The position numbers were made by a program, and so were the translations under genes. Below the pieces are notes generated by a model. It made no database searches. It was given only the letters and a program-made list of their open reading frames with translations, and was not told the origin of the DNA. 58,641 nucleotides of DNA from a virus (taxonomy: Duplodnaviria; Caudoviricetes): IMG/VR virus record IMGVR_UViG_3300021090_000949, positions 1 to 58,641 of that record; one strand, 5' to 3'. This document shows positions 18,415 to 26,421 of this stretch, in pieces; within the stretch, counting starts at the first letter, position 1, and each line of letters begins with the position of its first letter.

Positions 18415-19308
18415 ATGTTCAACTCATTAGTTTACCAAGACGAAGATAAGGCCAGAGTAGCCCTTGAAGCAATACGCTGGCCCGATGGTCCTATCTGCCC
18501 TCATTGCGGCAACTGTGAAGGCATCTACACCATTCAGGGAAAGTCTACCCGGAAGGGTCTCTATAAGTGCGCTGAATGCCGTAAGCCGTTCACTGTCACC
18601 GTTGGCACTCTCTTTGAGCGCAGCCACATTCCATTGAACAAGTGGCTCCATGCCGTTCATCTTCTCTGTGCAAGCAAGAAGGGAATGAGTAGCCATCAGA
18701 TACATCGGATGTTGGAAGTTACCTACAAAACCGCATGGTTTATGACTCATAGAATCCGCGAGGCGATGAAAGACCCTAAGTTCACTTCCATGCTTGGCGG
18801 TGGTGGAAAGATAGTTGAGATCGACGAAACTTATTGGGGCAACAAGTCGGACAAACCGCGCAATCATCGGGGCATGAATCACAAAGAGAAAATCTTCTCG
18901 CTGGTAGAGCGTGGCGGTCAGATTCGTTCGTTCCACGTGGAATCTGTCAAGGGTTCGACCTTGAAGCCGATCCTCTTTGAGCAAATCGCTCAAGATACCC
19001 ATATCGTATCGGATGACTTTGGCTGTTACCGCGACCTCAACCTGTACTTTGCCGAGCACAGCATTGTGAATCATCAGGCTCACGAATATGCGCGCGGTCG
19101 CATTTATACCAACACTGTTGAGAATTACTATTCCATTCTCAAGCGCGGGCTTCGCGGAGTCTATCAGCACGTTGGCAAGCAGCACCTACGCCGTTACGTT
19201 GGTGAGTTTGATTTCCGCTATAATACTCGCGACCTTACCGATAAGCAGAGAACCGCACTGGCCTTACAGGGCATCAGTGGAAAGCGGTTGTTGTATACGA
19301 AAGCCTAA
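18415..19308 (+). CDS. IS1595 family DDE transposase
   Basis: RWPDGPICPHCG..CAEC zinc ribbon, KTAWFMTHRIR, EIDETY, SDD, TNTVENYYSILKR, EFDFRYN. Confidence 0.95.
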   Translation: MFNSLVYQDEDKARVALEAIRWPDGPICPHCGNCEGIYTIQGKSTRKGLYKCAECRKPFTVTVGTLFERSHIPLNKWLHAVHLLCASKKGMSSHQIHRMLEVTYKTAWFMTHRIREAMKDPKFTSMLGGGGKIVEIDETYWGNKSDKPRNHRGMNHKEKIFSLVERGGQIRSFHVESVKGSTLKPILFEQIAQDTHIVSDDFGCYRDLNLYFAEHSIVNHQAHEYARGRIYTNTVENYYSILKRGLRGVYQHVGKQHLRRYVGEFDFRYNTRDLTDKQRTALALQGISGKRLLYTKA

Positions 19309-19332
19309 AGGCAAGAGGAAAGAGAGTGGCTT

Positions 19333-19485
19333 ATGACCACGCCCAAGAAGACTGGCAAAGTATCAAAGACAAAATCAGGGAAAGGGACAAAGCCAAAAAG
19401 CTCAAAGGACGGCTTGTTCCCCGGAAAAAACGATGAAGAGATAATGGCGGCACTGTTGAAAGTGCCGCCGAAACATAAACAGTAG
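19333..19485 (+). CDS. Small Lys-rich IS-associated protein (50 aa, not in ORF track)
   Basis: MTTPKKTGK...IMAALLKVPPKHKQ directly after transposase. Confidence 0.5.
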   Translation: MTTPKKTGKVSKTKSGKGTKPKSSKDGLFPGKNDEEIMAALLKVPPKHKQ

Positions 19486-20331
19486 CTATAACTGCACTTC
19501 GTTTGCAGATCCCTTCTTTTGAGCAAGATACTCAACGAGGTTACTCGTTCCCTGTAGTATCTTCTCAACCTCACCAGGCGCGTATGTATTCCTACCGTGT
19601 GCATTGTCGTGACGCCACGAATGAAGTATAGCCCGGACAAGACGTACGAGGTCACCGAGCAGTTTTAATTCTTCCCTCACAGCGTCTGATTTCGAGGCAT
19701 TATCGAGGGTCGCTACCTGCTTATCAAGTATGTTACATATCTTCCCTAATTGATCTCGCGTGACTGATTTAGGGTCATAGGTCCCACCCAAAACATGAAC
19801 ACTGGCCGCAAGGTATTCAAGAGTTGGTTGCAATAGACATCCGCAATGATAAACGCAGGCCGCATCGAGACCAAAGGCGAGGCACTTGTTTGCTTGCTCC
19901 AAGTCACGTATGCATTCCGGAAAATAATCTCTGATTATTTGAGGAATGGCATCTGCCTCCAAATACTTGATGCAATCGCGGGAGACCATGAAGCACTTCT
20001 GACCATTCAATTCATTCCTGATAGTTGTACGAATATCCTTGAGAATATCCGCAATCCTCATTACATCAGACTTCGCCCTCAAAGCCGTTTTGAGGACAGC
20101 AACATAATCCTGCACATTGGCTATTTTCGCTGTGACGGAGTAGGCTGAAAAGATGTTGACACATTGCACTAATAGCTTGCCGAGGGTTGGCGGGGGTTGG
20201 CCAAAGTTTCTTGAATACAACTCCTTTTCGACGCTCAATATCGGCAATTCAATAGCCTGATATAATTCAGCAGCTTCCATTACATCAAATTCTGTCAGCA
20301 TATCGTAAAGGCTTATAACCTCTCCCGCCAT
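19486..20331 (-). CDS. IS passenger protein with HEPN-like C-terminal domain
   Basis: DLEQANKCLAFG..ACVYHC helix pair and RHDNAH (Rx4H); own promoter TTGACA-17-TATGCT (20412-20384) favours ATG 20331. Confidence 0.6.
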   Translation of the reverse strand: MAGEVISLYDMLTEFDVMEAAELYQAIELPILSVEKELYSRNFGQPPPTLGKLLVQCVNIFSAYSVTAKIANVQDYVAVLKTALRAKSDVMRIADILKDIRTTIRNELNGQKCFMVSRDCIKYLEADAIPQIIRDYFPECIRDLEQANKCLAFGLDAACVYHCGCLLQPTLEYLAASVHVLGGTYDPKSVTRDQLGKICNILDKQVATLDNASKSDAVREELKLLGDLVRLVRAILHSWRHDNAHGRNTYAPGEVEKILQGTSNLVEYLAQKKGSANEVQL

Positions 20332-20460
20332 TTCCCCGCGCCAAAAGCCGGTTGCGCTGTATTGAGTTAGTCTATCTTCAGTAAGCATACTGGTTCAACC
20401 CTCACTTGTCAATGGGTATGTTAAAGGGATAATCGCCGGATTTAGGGGGATGGAAAGATA

Positions 20461-20486
20461 AGGCGCCACCCAGATTCGAACTGGGG
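20461..20486 (-). other. 3' fragment of a tRNA (Cys-like), candidate att core
   Basis: CCCCAGTTCGAATCTGGGTGGCGCCT = T-arm, acceptor 3' strand, U discriminator; no 5' half upstream. Confidence 0.65.
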
Positions 20487-20540
20487 CCATCGATTTGATA
20501 CCCTGTGAGTTATGAGAATTGCAAAGTTCGCTGATGGTGG

Positions 20541-20972
20541 TCATGCCTTTTCTTTCAATTCTGCGAGAAGGCTCTCAGCCCGGTCTTGATGCTTTAGCTC
20601 AACCTCGCGGATCAGCCGATCGCGGACGGCATCCAACGTTCGATAAAGTTCCCATGATGAAGGTTGAACGGCCCCTTCGACTACATACAAATCGACCACT
20701 CCCATGAATGAGCCAATATATAAGACAATGCCGAACTTGGCTGCAATAGCTCGAAGCCGCTGGAACTCGGCGGCAGCCTCGATTGGATTGAGTTTCTTAA
20801 TCTCCAGATCGACCGCATATCTTTCTCGCCAGCCGACCTGGCAGAACCGGCGTATTTGCTCGTATAGATCCACTGCTTCTGCGCAATCAATCTTCGATAA
20901 TAACCGCGCAGCTTGAAGAAGCAGCTTGTCCGCAGTCACATACGTGTTCTCGCGTACTCGGTCGATGTTCAT
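20541..20972 (-). CDS. Hypothetical protein
   Basis: TAATG coupling with upstream gene. Confidence 0.6.
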   Translation of the reverse strand: MNIDRVRENTYVTADKLLLQAARLLSKIDCAEAVDLYEQIRRFCQVGWRERYAVDLEIKKLNPIEAAAEFQRLRAIAAKFGIVLYIGSFMGVVDLYVVEGAVQPSSWELYRTLDAVRDRLIREVELKHQDRAESLLAELKEKA

Positions 20973-21385
20973 TATGCTTTACCAACTTTCTCTCTCACTA
21001 ATTGCAGCCAGGCGGCAGCCATGTTTTCGTCGGGATCGTCACTATCGCAGCGGACCGTGACGTCGTCCTCGGGTTCCGTTGTTACGCGGAATTCAACGTC
21101 GAACTCCATCCCTTCATAGGGAACTGTCTTCCAGTCAACACTGATCTCGAGATACATGTCCTGGCTCCGGACCTCTCGAATAACGGCCGTCACCAACTGC
21201 GCGAATCCCGGGCAGGCGGCGACCAGCTCAAGCCGTCCGCAGTCGACGGTCAATTCCATCTCAGCTTTCGTCATCAAGTAGATTGCCCGACCGTTTGTGT
21301 AGTAAGCGAAGGCGTGATCGTCTTTAATCTCCTGCGGCCAGGCGTACTGCCGTAGCTCAACGCATCTTTCGAGTGACAATGGCAT
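20972..21385 (-). CDS. Hypothetical protein
   Basis: TAATG coupling, GGAGG RBS. Confidence 0.6.
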   Translation of the reverse strand: MPLSLERCVELRQYAWPQEIKDDHAFAYYTNGRAIYLMTKAEMELTVDCGRLELVAACPGFAQLVTAVIREVRSQDMYLEISVDWKTVPYEGMEFDVEFRVTTEPEDDVTVRCDSDDPDENMAAAWLQLVREKVGKA

Positions 21386-21606
21386 TAATCCTCCTCCGGA
21401 TACGCGCGTCGATACTCTTCGCACGCGAAGATGATCAGGCCCGACAGCGTGCGTCCCTTGGTGATCGCTTCTCCAACCAGGTAGCCGTGGAGATCCTCGG
21501 TCATGCGAAGGTGCACCAGCTTATTGGCCGTTCCCTTTTCCTTGCGCGGAGCCGGTGCCTTCTGGACAGCGCGCCCGCCGCGCCTGGTCGTGAAAGTCTG
21601 TTTCAT
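21385..21606 (-). CDS. Arc/ribbon-helix-helix-like regulator
   Basis: LVHLRMTEDLHGYLVGEAITKGRTLSGLIIFACEEY; GGAG RBS. Confidence 0.65.
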   Translation of the reverse strand: MKQTFTTRRGGRAVQKAPAPRKEKGTANKLVHLRMTEDLHGYLVGEAITKGRTLSGLIIFACEEYRRAYPEED

Positions 21607-21629
21607 GCTATCTCCATTCGGTTGTCGGC

Positions 21630-21726
21630 AATATATACAATGTATATCTTCTGTCAAGCGAGAATTCCGCCGTCAGGCACGGCGGGCATTTTTGTGCTTG
21701 ACAACTATTCTCATAGGGGTTACTGT
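21630..21726. promoter_or_regulatory. Back-to-back promoters with operator-like palindrome and GC hairpin
   Basis: Minus: TTGACA-16-TATATT (21657-21630); plus: TTGACA-17-TACTGT (21698-21726); ATATACA-A-TGTATAT; CCGCCGT/ACGGCGG stem. Confidence 0.55.
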
Positions 21727-21747
21727 GTAACCATGAAAGGAGCCTGC

Positions 21748-22092
21748 ATGGATATCTTTGACACTACTGAAACTTTGCATTACATTAAAGATGATAGGGA
21801 TGTCTGGCACAAAGTATTCAGGTTTTATAGGGACAGGCTGTTTGGTGATTATGCTGTGCTCTGTTGTCATACCGATTATCTAACTGACCCCAAAGACAAT
21901 ACCACCATAGATATTGATGAGTTGAATGTGGCTAAAGAGACTCCGCTCGGCGCAATGTGTGAGTTCTGCGAATCAGTTACGGATCATAGGAAGACGCCGG
22001 ATGATCGACATTGGGCGAGAGGCAGAGAACAAGACGAGAGGCTTGAAGCCGAATTAAGATTCATGCGAAACCTTAAAGCTCTTGAATCGTGA
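21748..22092 (+). CDS. Hypothetical protein
   Basis: AAAGGAG RBS before ATG 21748, downstream of plus-strand promoter. Confidence 0.55.
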   Translation: MDIFDTTETLHYIKDDRDVWHKVFRFYRDRLFGDYAVLCCHTDYLTDPKDNTTIDIDELNVAKETPLGAMCEFCESVTDHRKTPDDRHWARGREQDERLEAELRFMRNLKALES

Positions 22093-22101
22093 GGAAGGCC
22101 C

Positions 22102-22242
22102 ATGCCACGTCGTTCAATCCTATTCACACCTGAGCAGACCAAGCGACTTAACGCATTAGCGGCTAAAACAGATAGGGCTGTGAACTGGCACGTCCGGCAA
22201 GCAGTAGAGGCATACTTAAAGAGGAACGGGAAGAAGAAGTGA
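22102..22242 (+). CDS. CopG-like ribbon-helix-helix protein (46 aa, not in ORF track)
   Basis: MPRRSILFTPEQTKRLNALAAKTDRAVNWHVRQAVEAYL; GAGGAAGG RBS. Confidence 0.75.
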   Translation: MPRRSILFTPEQTKRLNALAAKTDRAVNWHVRQAVEAYLKRNGKKK

Positions 22243-22243
22243 T

Positions 22244-22951
22244 ATGAGAGATTTCATCGAATTCGATATAGCCGAAGCACTAAAAGACGCTGGCTGGCCA
22301 CAATATACGTTTCGGGATGACGGCTATCCGATGATTGACGGCAGGGTCAATGGGATGTGGTGTTCGTTCAAAGGCGACAATGGTCCTGATCATTTGAGCC
22401 CAATTGGGTTCCACGAATTCATCAACATGAACAAACATAATATAGTCGGGCCGTCGGACTATATATGCAATCAGCCATCATTTAATGACATACTGGGAGC
22501 GATAGGCTTGATAGTTGGTTTTGACCATAGGCTCGTTTTAGAATATGCGCCGCCATCAGTAGATTATGGATGGAACATTCATGAATCGGGATTGGCATTG
22601 TTCCGAATTACAGGTGAGGAACGCCTCGAATTCGTGGACAGGGTCTTGGGTTCTTGGTTTCAAGCTGCGGCCTTGCTGTGGATTAAACTAAAAGGTTTCG
22701 AACTGGATGACAGTACGTATGGTAAACCAACCGGTTCAGAAACGCTCGTCCTGGTCACGAAGGAGGAACAAGCGGGCCTTCGAATGAATCCGATCAATGA
22801 GCGAGGCGTTATTCAATGGGTATTAATTGACCCGGTCACAGGTGAAACGAGGTACAAGAAGCTGACGCGCCCCCAGAGTCGAGTAAGACCAATAGGTGGT
22901 GTTTCGTCGCCAGCGATAGTTGATCAGGACGAGCACGGCAAGAAGCGATGA
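22244..22951 (+). CDS. Hypothetical protein
   Basis: 235-aa ORF directly following the RHH gene. Confidence 0.65.
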   Translation: MRDFIEFDIAEALKDAGWPQYTFRDDGYPMIDGRVNGMWCSFKGDNGPDHLSPIGFHEFINMNKHNIVGPSDYICNQPSFNDILGAIGLIVGFDHRLVLEYAPPSVDYGWNIHESGLALFRITGEERLEFVDRVLGSWFQAAALLWIKLKGFELDDSTYGKPTGSETLVLVTKEEQAGLRMNPINERGVIQWVLIDPVTGETRYKKLTRPQSRVRPIGGVSSPAIVDQDEHGKKR

Positions 22952-23198
22952 GCATGTGTCGTGACAAATGGTACCGCAAGAAAGGTCTCAAGCGGGTAGT
23001 GGGTCAGTTTGAAAGCGCAGCCTTGCGGAGCCGCCGCCTTCGAACATGGTATCACCCTCCCCTTTGATGAGCAGTCGCATCTTGACTCCAAAATGGCGCG
23101 AGCGGACGAGGAAGTCTCCATCCGCTCGCTGTCTCCGCAGAATAATCACGCCAGAGCTTGCCATCACTGGCGTGATACTTGGTGCCGATCGTCTGGCG

Positions 23199-23996
23199 TT
23201 ATTGTTTCGAACCGTGTGATTTGTGCGTCTTGACCAAGCGGCCGTTAAGGATCACACTCCCTTGAACTACATTTCCGGCAGTGGCAGTGCGTGGCCCATC
23301 ATATAGAATATTGCCGTTGACCACGATCGTCGATGCAACTCCGGCTTTCGCGGCGTAATCCCACTTGGCGTATATATCGCCATTGACGACGACGGTATCG
23401 TTGTGATTGACCGCGTAAATGGCCACGCCGCCGACGCCCGCGTTGCATCCATAATAGCCCGAATCTCCCTTGGCAGTGCAATTGGCGGTGATCACGCCAT
23501 GCGCATAGGCGGATATTTCGACAGCCGATGATTGGCGACCGACCACGCTGGTAGCGGTTAGGTCTAAAGTGCCATTCCAAAAGACCCCGATCTGGTCACC
23601 CTCGATCGAGTCTGCGACGATCGTTACGCGAGATTGCGGGTTGAGAATCTCTACCGCTCCGCCTTCGAAGCAATTCGTTACGTTGCCGTAAGGGTCATAT
23701 GAATAGATAGTCGGGTTCTTGAGATGCCGCACCAAAAGCGTACAGACCACCGCTTGATTATTGTCTGTCACAGCCGGGCCGCCATCGGAATTGATCACGT
23801 CAACGCCGCTCAGATCGAGATAGCCGCTGGTGAGAATATACGGGCCATTGATCGTCGTCTCCGCCGCTGTGCTCTCTATCTTAGGAGCGGACAGATACAT
23901 TGAATGGTTGCCCGATGCAAGGGCCGCAGAGCTGCTCCCCAACAGCACACAGATCAGAATCAGTGCAACCGCTGTCTTGGATATCAATTGAGTCAT
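23199..23996 (-). CDS. Exported beta-rich (beta-helix-like) protein
   Basis: Signal peptide ending SSAALA; repeated V.VNG.I motifs. Confidence 0.65.
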   Translation of the reverse strand: MTQLISKTAVALILICVLLGSSSAALASGNHSMYLSAPKIESTAAETTINGPYILTSGYLDLSGVDVINSDGGPAVTDNNQAVVCTLLVRHLKNPTIYSYDPYGNVTNCFEGGAVEILNPQSRVTIVADSIEGDQIGVFWNGTLDLTATSVVGRQSSAVEISAYAHGVITANCTAKGDSGYYGCNAGVGGVAIYAVNHNDTVVVNGDIYAKWDYAAKAGVASTIVVNGNILYDGPRTATAGNVVQGSVILNGRLVKTHKSHGSKQ

Positions 23997-24018
23997 TGGA
24001 ACCTTCTTTGTTAATAAG

Positions 24019-24038
24019 CCGGCGCGAGATCGCGCCGG
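24019..24038 (-). terminator. GC-rich hairpin, possible terminator
   Basis: CCGGCGCG/CGCGCCGG stem, weak U tract. Confidence 0.35.
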
Positions 24039-24082
24039 TTGGATGATATGAGAACCCCACCGGGGAACCTCGGTGAGATATT

Positions 24083-24613
24083 TTAGATCCTCAGAAAAAA
24101 GCCGCCCCCCGCGTGCCAGCCTTCAATGTAATTGTCCGACCCGATCTTGTATTTGCCGTATCCCCACAAGCCCCAGGCGCGAGCACCTGTCTTGGCCATG
24201 TTGTAAGCTGCGAGGCCTCCGGCAGCTGCCGCAAGGTAATCCGTAATGCTGCCATCGGTTTGCTGTTGGTCGAAATTAGGCCCAAAGAGTAATCCCAGCG
24301 TCAGACGCGGCGTGAGTATCTCGTCCTTCAACACAAGTTCGAAAGATACGTTGCCGATCTGGCGAGCTTCAGTTGTGCCCGCACTTGAGAATATATCAGT
24401 ATACCACAGCGACGAGAGCGGCCCGATATCGACATCGAGCACAAACGGCACTATCTCGACTTTGTCGAAGAGCACACCGGCTGATACCGCGACCGCCTGA
24501 TCATAGCGAACGCCGACAAATCCGAAGCCCTGCGAGAGGTCGGATTGTGCGAGGGTCGGTAGCGCCGTTACCAAGACGAGCAGCATCACCAATAGGGTTA
24601 GCGATTGTTTCAT
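24083..24613 (-). CDS. Exported protein, possible outer-membrane beta-barrel
   Basis: Signal peptide ending PTLA; alternating Gly/aromatic strands; C-terminus HAGGGFFLRI. Confidence 0.6.
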   Translation of the reverse strand: MKQSLTLLVMLLVLVTALPTLAQSDLSQGFGFVGVRYDQAVAVSAGVLFDKVEIVPFVLDVDIGPLSSLWYTDIFSSAGTTEARQIGNVSFELVLKDEILTPRLTLGLLFGPNFDQQQTDGSITDYLAAAAGGLAAYNMAKTGARAWGLWGYGKYKIGSDNYIEGWHAGGGFFLRI

Positions 24614-24667
24614 GGTTGTCCTTTCCTTAGTCCCGCAATCGTCCGTGTTCTGGATCGTGTCACTCGG

Positions 24668-24701
24668 TAAAAAACAAGCCCGGCTCCGCGAGGGCCGGGC
24701 C
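24668..24701 (-). terminator. Rho-independent terminator after lysis genes
   Basis: GCCCGGC..GCCGGGC stem followed by TTGTTTTTT on minus strand. Confidence 0.7.
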
Positions 24702-24726
24702 TGGGTCGTTGCACAATACCGGCCGA

Positions 24727-25335
24727 TTACTCGGTCGGGATATCTTCGATCGCGCCGAACTTCGGCGCCACGGTGACGGCCTTTCCGACCAGAGCGTTGA
24801 TCTCGAAATAGCCGAATATCTCGCCAGCTTCGCCACCCTCCTCCGGGATCGGATCAGCACCGACCTTGAACTGGCACAGTCCGCTTTTCAGCGGGCGCAG
24901 TGCCTGTCCGCCTTCAGGGCGATCGACGATCGCGAAGGCTCCCTCGGTGACTACCGAAAGAACAGGATTGGTGAGCGGGGTGGTGATGAGTTCTCCGTTG
25001 CGATCGAAAGCGTCAAAGCCTTCGTAGACCACCTGTTGGTCAGCGGTAAGTTCTAATACGACGGACATAGGTCCTTCCTCCGTGATGAGAATTGGTTCTT
25101 TGTTTCCGAACTTCAGATATATTTTTGTCCCGCCCGAGTCAGTCGTCTGCTCTTTGTTTTTCAGGAAGTAGACGATGGTCACGGCGGCTGCGAATCCTGC
25201 AACAATGACGAGCTTAACCGTCGGGATATCGATATAGGCGAGATAGCCTATCAACACGAACGCGGCCAAAGCGACGCCATAGGGGCCTTTTTTGCTGGAG
25301 AAGAAGCCCAGTACCGGTGTTAGCCATGGCCACAT
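24727..25335 (-). CDS. Two-TM membrane protein with C-terminal beta-rich domain (holin candidate)
   Basis: Two N-terminal hydrophobic helices; AAAGGAG RBS; near endolysin. Confidence 0.55.
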   Translation of the reverse strand: MWPWLTPVLGFFSSKKGPYGVALAAFVLIGYLAYIDIPTVKLVIVAGFAAAVTIVYFLKNKEQTTDSGGTKIYLKFGNKEPILITEEGPMSVVLELTADQQVVYEGFDAFDRNGELITTPLTNPVLSVVTEGAFAIVDRPEGGQALRPLKSGLCQFKVGADPIPEEGGEAGEIFGYFEINALVGKAVTVAPKFGAIEDIPTE

Positions 25336-25368
25336 AATCTGCTCCTTTGAAAAGATATCGCGATCCGG

Positions 25369-25731
25369 TTAGAGTGCGCCTTTGAGTTTCTCGACCCAGT
25401 GCTTGCCGTCCTTCAAATTATGCCAGGCCACGAACGAGTTGACCAAAGCATCGATGCCGATATTATCGAGCCACTCAAGTAGCGCCGGCAGCTCGATGAT
25501 ATCGTCCAGCCACTTTTTGACAACCGCCAGCTTTTCCTCACCGGTCACGCCCGCGACTTCGCCCAGATCATCTGCGAGGATCTCAACGCGCTCTACAGCT
25601 TCGTTGCAAAGCGCGAAGATCGCCTTGAGAGAAAAGTCCGCCTTGATGTTGGCGATCGCAGTGGCCAGTTCGGGAGTATCGAAATACTGCTTGAATCCCT
25701 CGAGTAGTTTTTCAGTGTTGATGGATGCCAT
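25369..25731 (-). CDS. Lysis-region hypothetical protein
   Basis: Amphipathic helical protein after endolysin; AGGAAGGTG RBS. Confidence 0.6.
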   Translation of the reverse strand: MASINTEKLLEGFKQYFDTPELATAIANIKADFSLKAIFALCNEAVERVEILADDLGEVAGVTGEEKLAVVKKWLDDIIELPALLEWLDNIGIDALVNSFVAWHNLKDGKHWVEKLKGAL

Positions 25732-25741
25732 ATTCACCTTC

Positions 25742-26131
25742 CTACGGTTTGAAATTCTTGGCTGAGAATCCCCAGTTGATATTGATGTGGATATGTGGAG
25801 CGTTGCCGCCGGGATTGTGGAAGATGCAATGCACAACCGGTCCCCAGTGGTGCTTGACGTAAGCGATGACCTGGTCGATCTCAGGCTGAGAATAGTCTCG
25901 CGATCGGATATCGGCACCGTCTCCGCGGAGGTGTGCCGATTGCGGATTCGATCCAGTCAGATCAGCATTCTCCGAAGGCGTGCGCAGCAGGCAAGTGATA
26001 GTGACTGGCTTCTTGAAGCTCTCGTAAACGAAGGAAGCGAGGTTAAGAACTAAGAACTGCAGGCGGAGATCGATTTCGGTTTTAAACTCATCCTGGAGTC
26101 TCGTCGAGTCGTCTTTGAATTTCACCATCAT
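25742..26131 (-). CDS. Peptidase M15-type endolysin
   Basis: ITCLLR, SAHLRGDGADIR, PHIHI zinc-binding motifs; position after tail genes. Confidence 0.8.
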   Translation of the reverse strand: MMVKFKDDSTRLQDEFKTEIDLRLQFLVLNLASFVYESFKKPVTITCLLRTPSENADLTGSNPQSAHLRGDGADIRSRDYSQPEIDQVIAYVKHHWGPVVHCIFHNPGGNAPHIHININWGFSAKNFKP

Positions 26132-26229
26132 CGTCGTTCCGCCTGCTTGGGTTCGCCACGGAGCCAATATCAGACAGAGCCGAAAATTGAGGCGATAACT
26201 TTAGACGACACAACAACAGAAGTAACCGC

Positions 26230-26421
26230 TTAGCCTCCCAGGATTGAAACCCGTGGCCGAACGCCTGAGGTATTCTCGCGCAGGATTTCTACGGCCACCT
26301 GGCTGCAACGGGCCAATGGCGTTCCACCACGCAGGACCTCCACGCCAACCTGCGTGACTCTGGCGACAGGCGTCCCGCCGCGCAGGACCTCGGTGGTGAT
26401 CTGGGTTGTTAGGACTGCCAT
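26230..26421 (-). CDS. Small tandem-repeat tail-region protein
   Basis: Three ~17-aa repeats Q(I/V)xxE(V/I)LR; TAATG coupling, GGAGG RBS. Confidence 0.65.
   Translation of the reverse strand: MAVLTTQITTEVLRGGTPVARVTQVGVEVLRGGTPLARCSQVAVEILRENTSGVRPRVSILGG

Larger units (their letters stand above)
18353..20437 (+). mobile_element. IS1595-family element (ISNwi1-like ends) with passenger genes
   Basis: Terminal inverted repeats GGCGATTATTTACTTGACATACCCA / GGCGATTATCCCTTTAACATACCCA (20/25 identical) flank transposase plus two ORFs; no target duplication seen. Confidence 0.9.

Noticed and set aside
18427-19185. 252-aa minus-strand ORF inside the IS
   Set aside because: Antisense to the transposase, no recognisable features
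20461-20540. Complete tRNA gene
   Set aside because: No 5' acceptor strand or D-arm complementary to the 3' fragment; the upstream TTGCAA does not sit in a proper anticodon stem
21373-21747. 5' extension of ORF 21373..22092
   Set aside because: Overlaps the antisense Arc-like gene and the promoter region; a strong RBS supports ATG 21748
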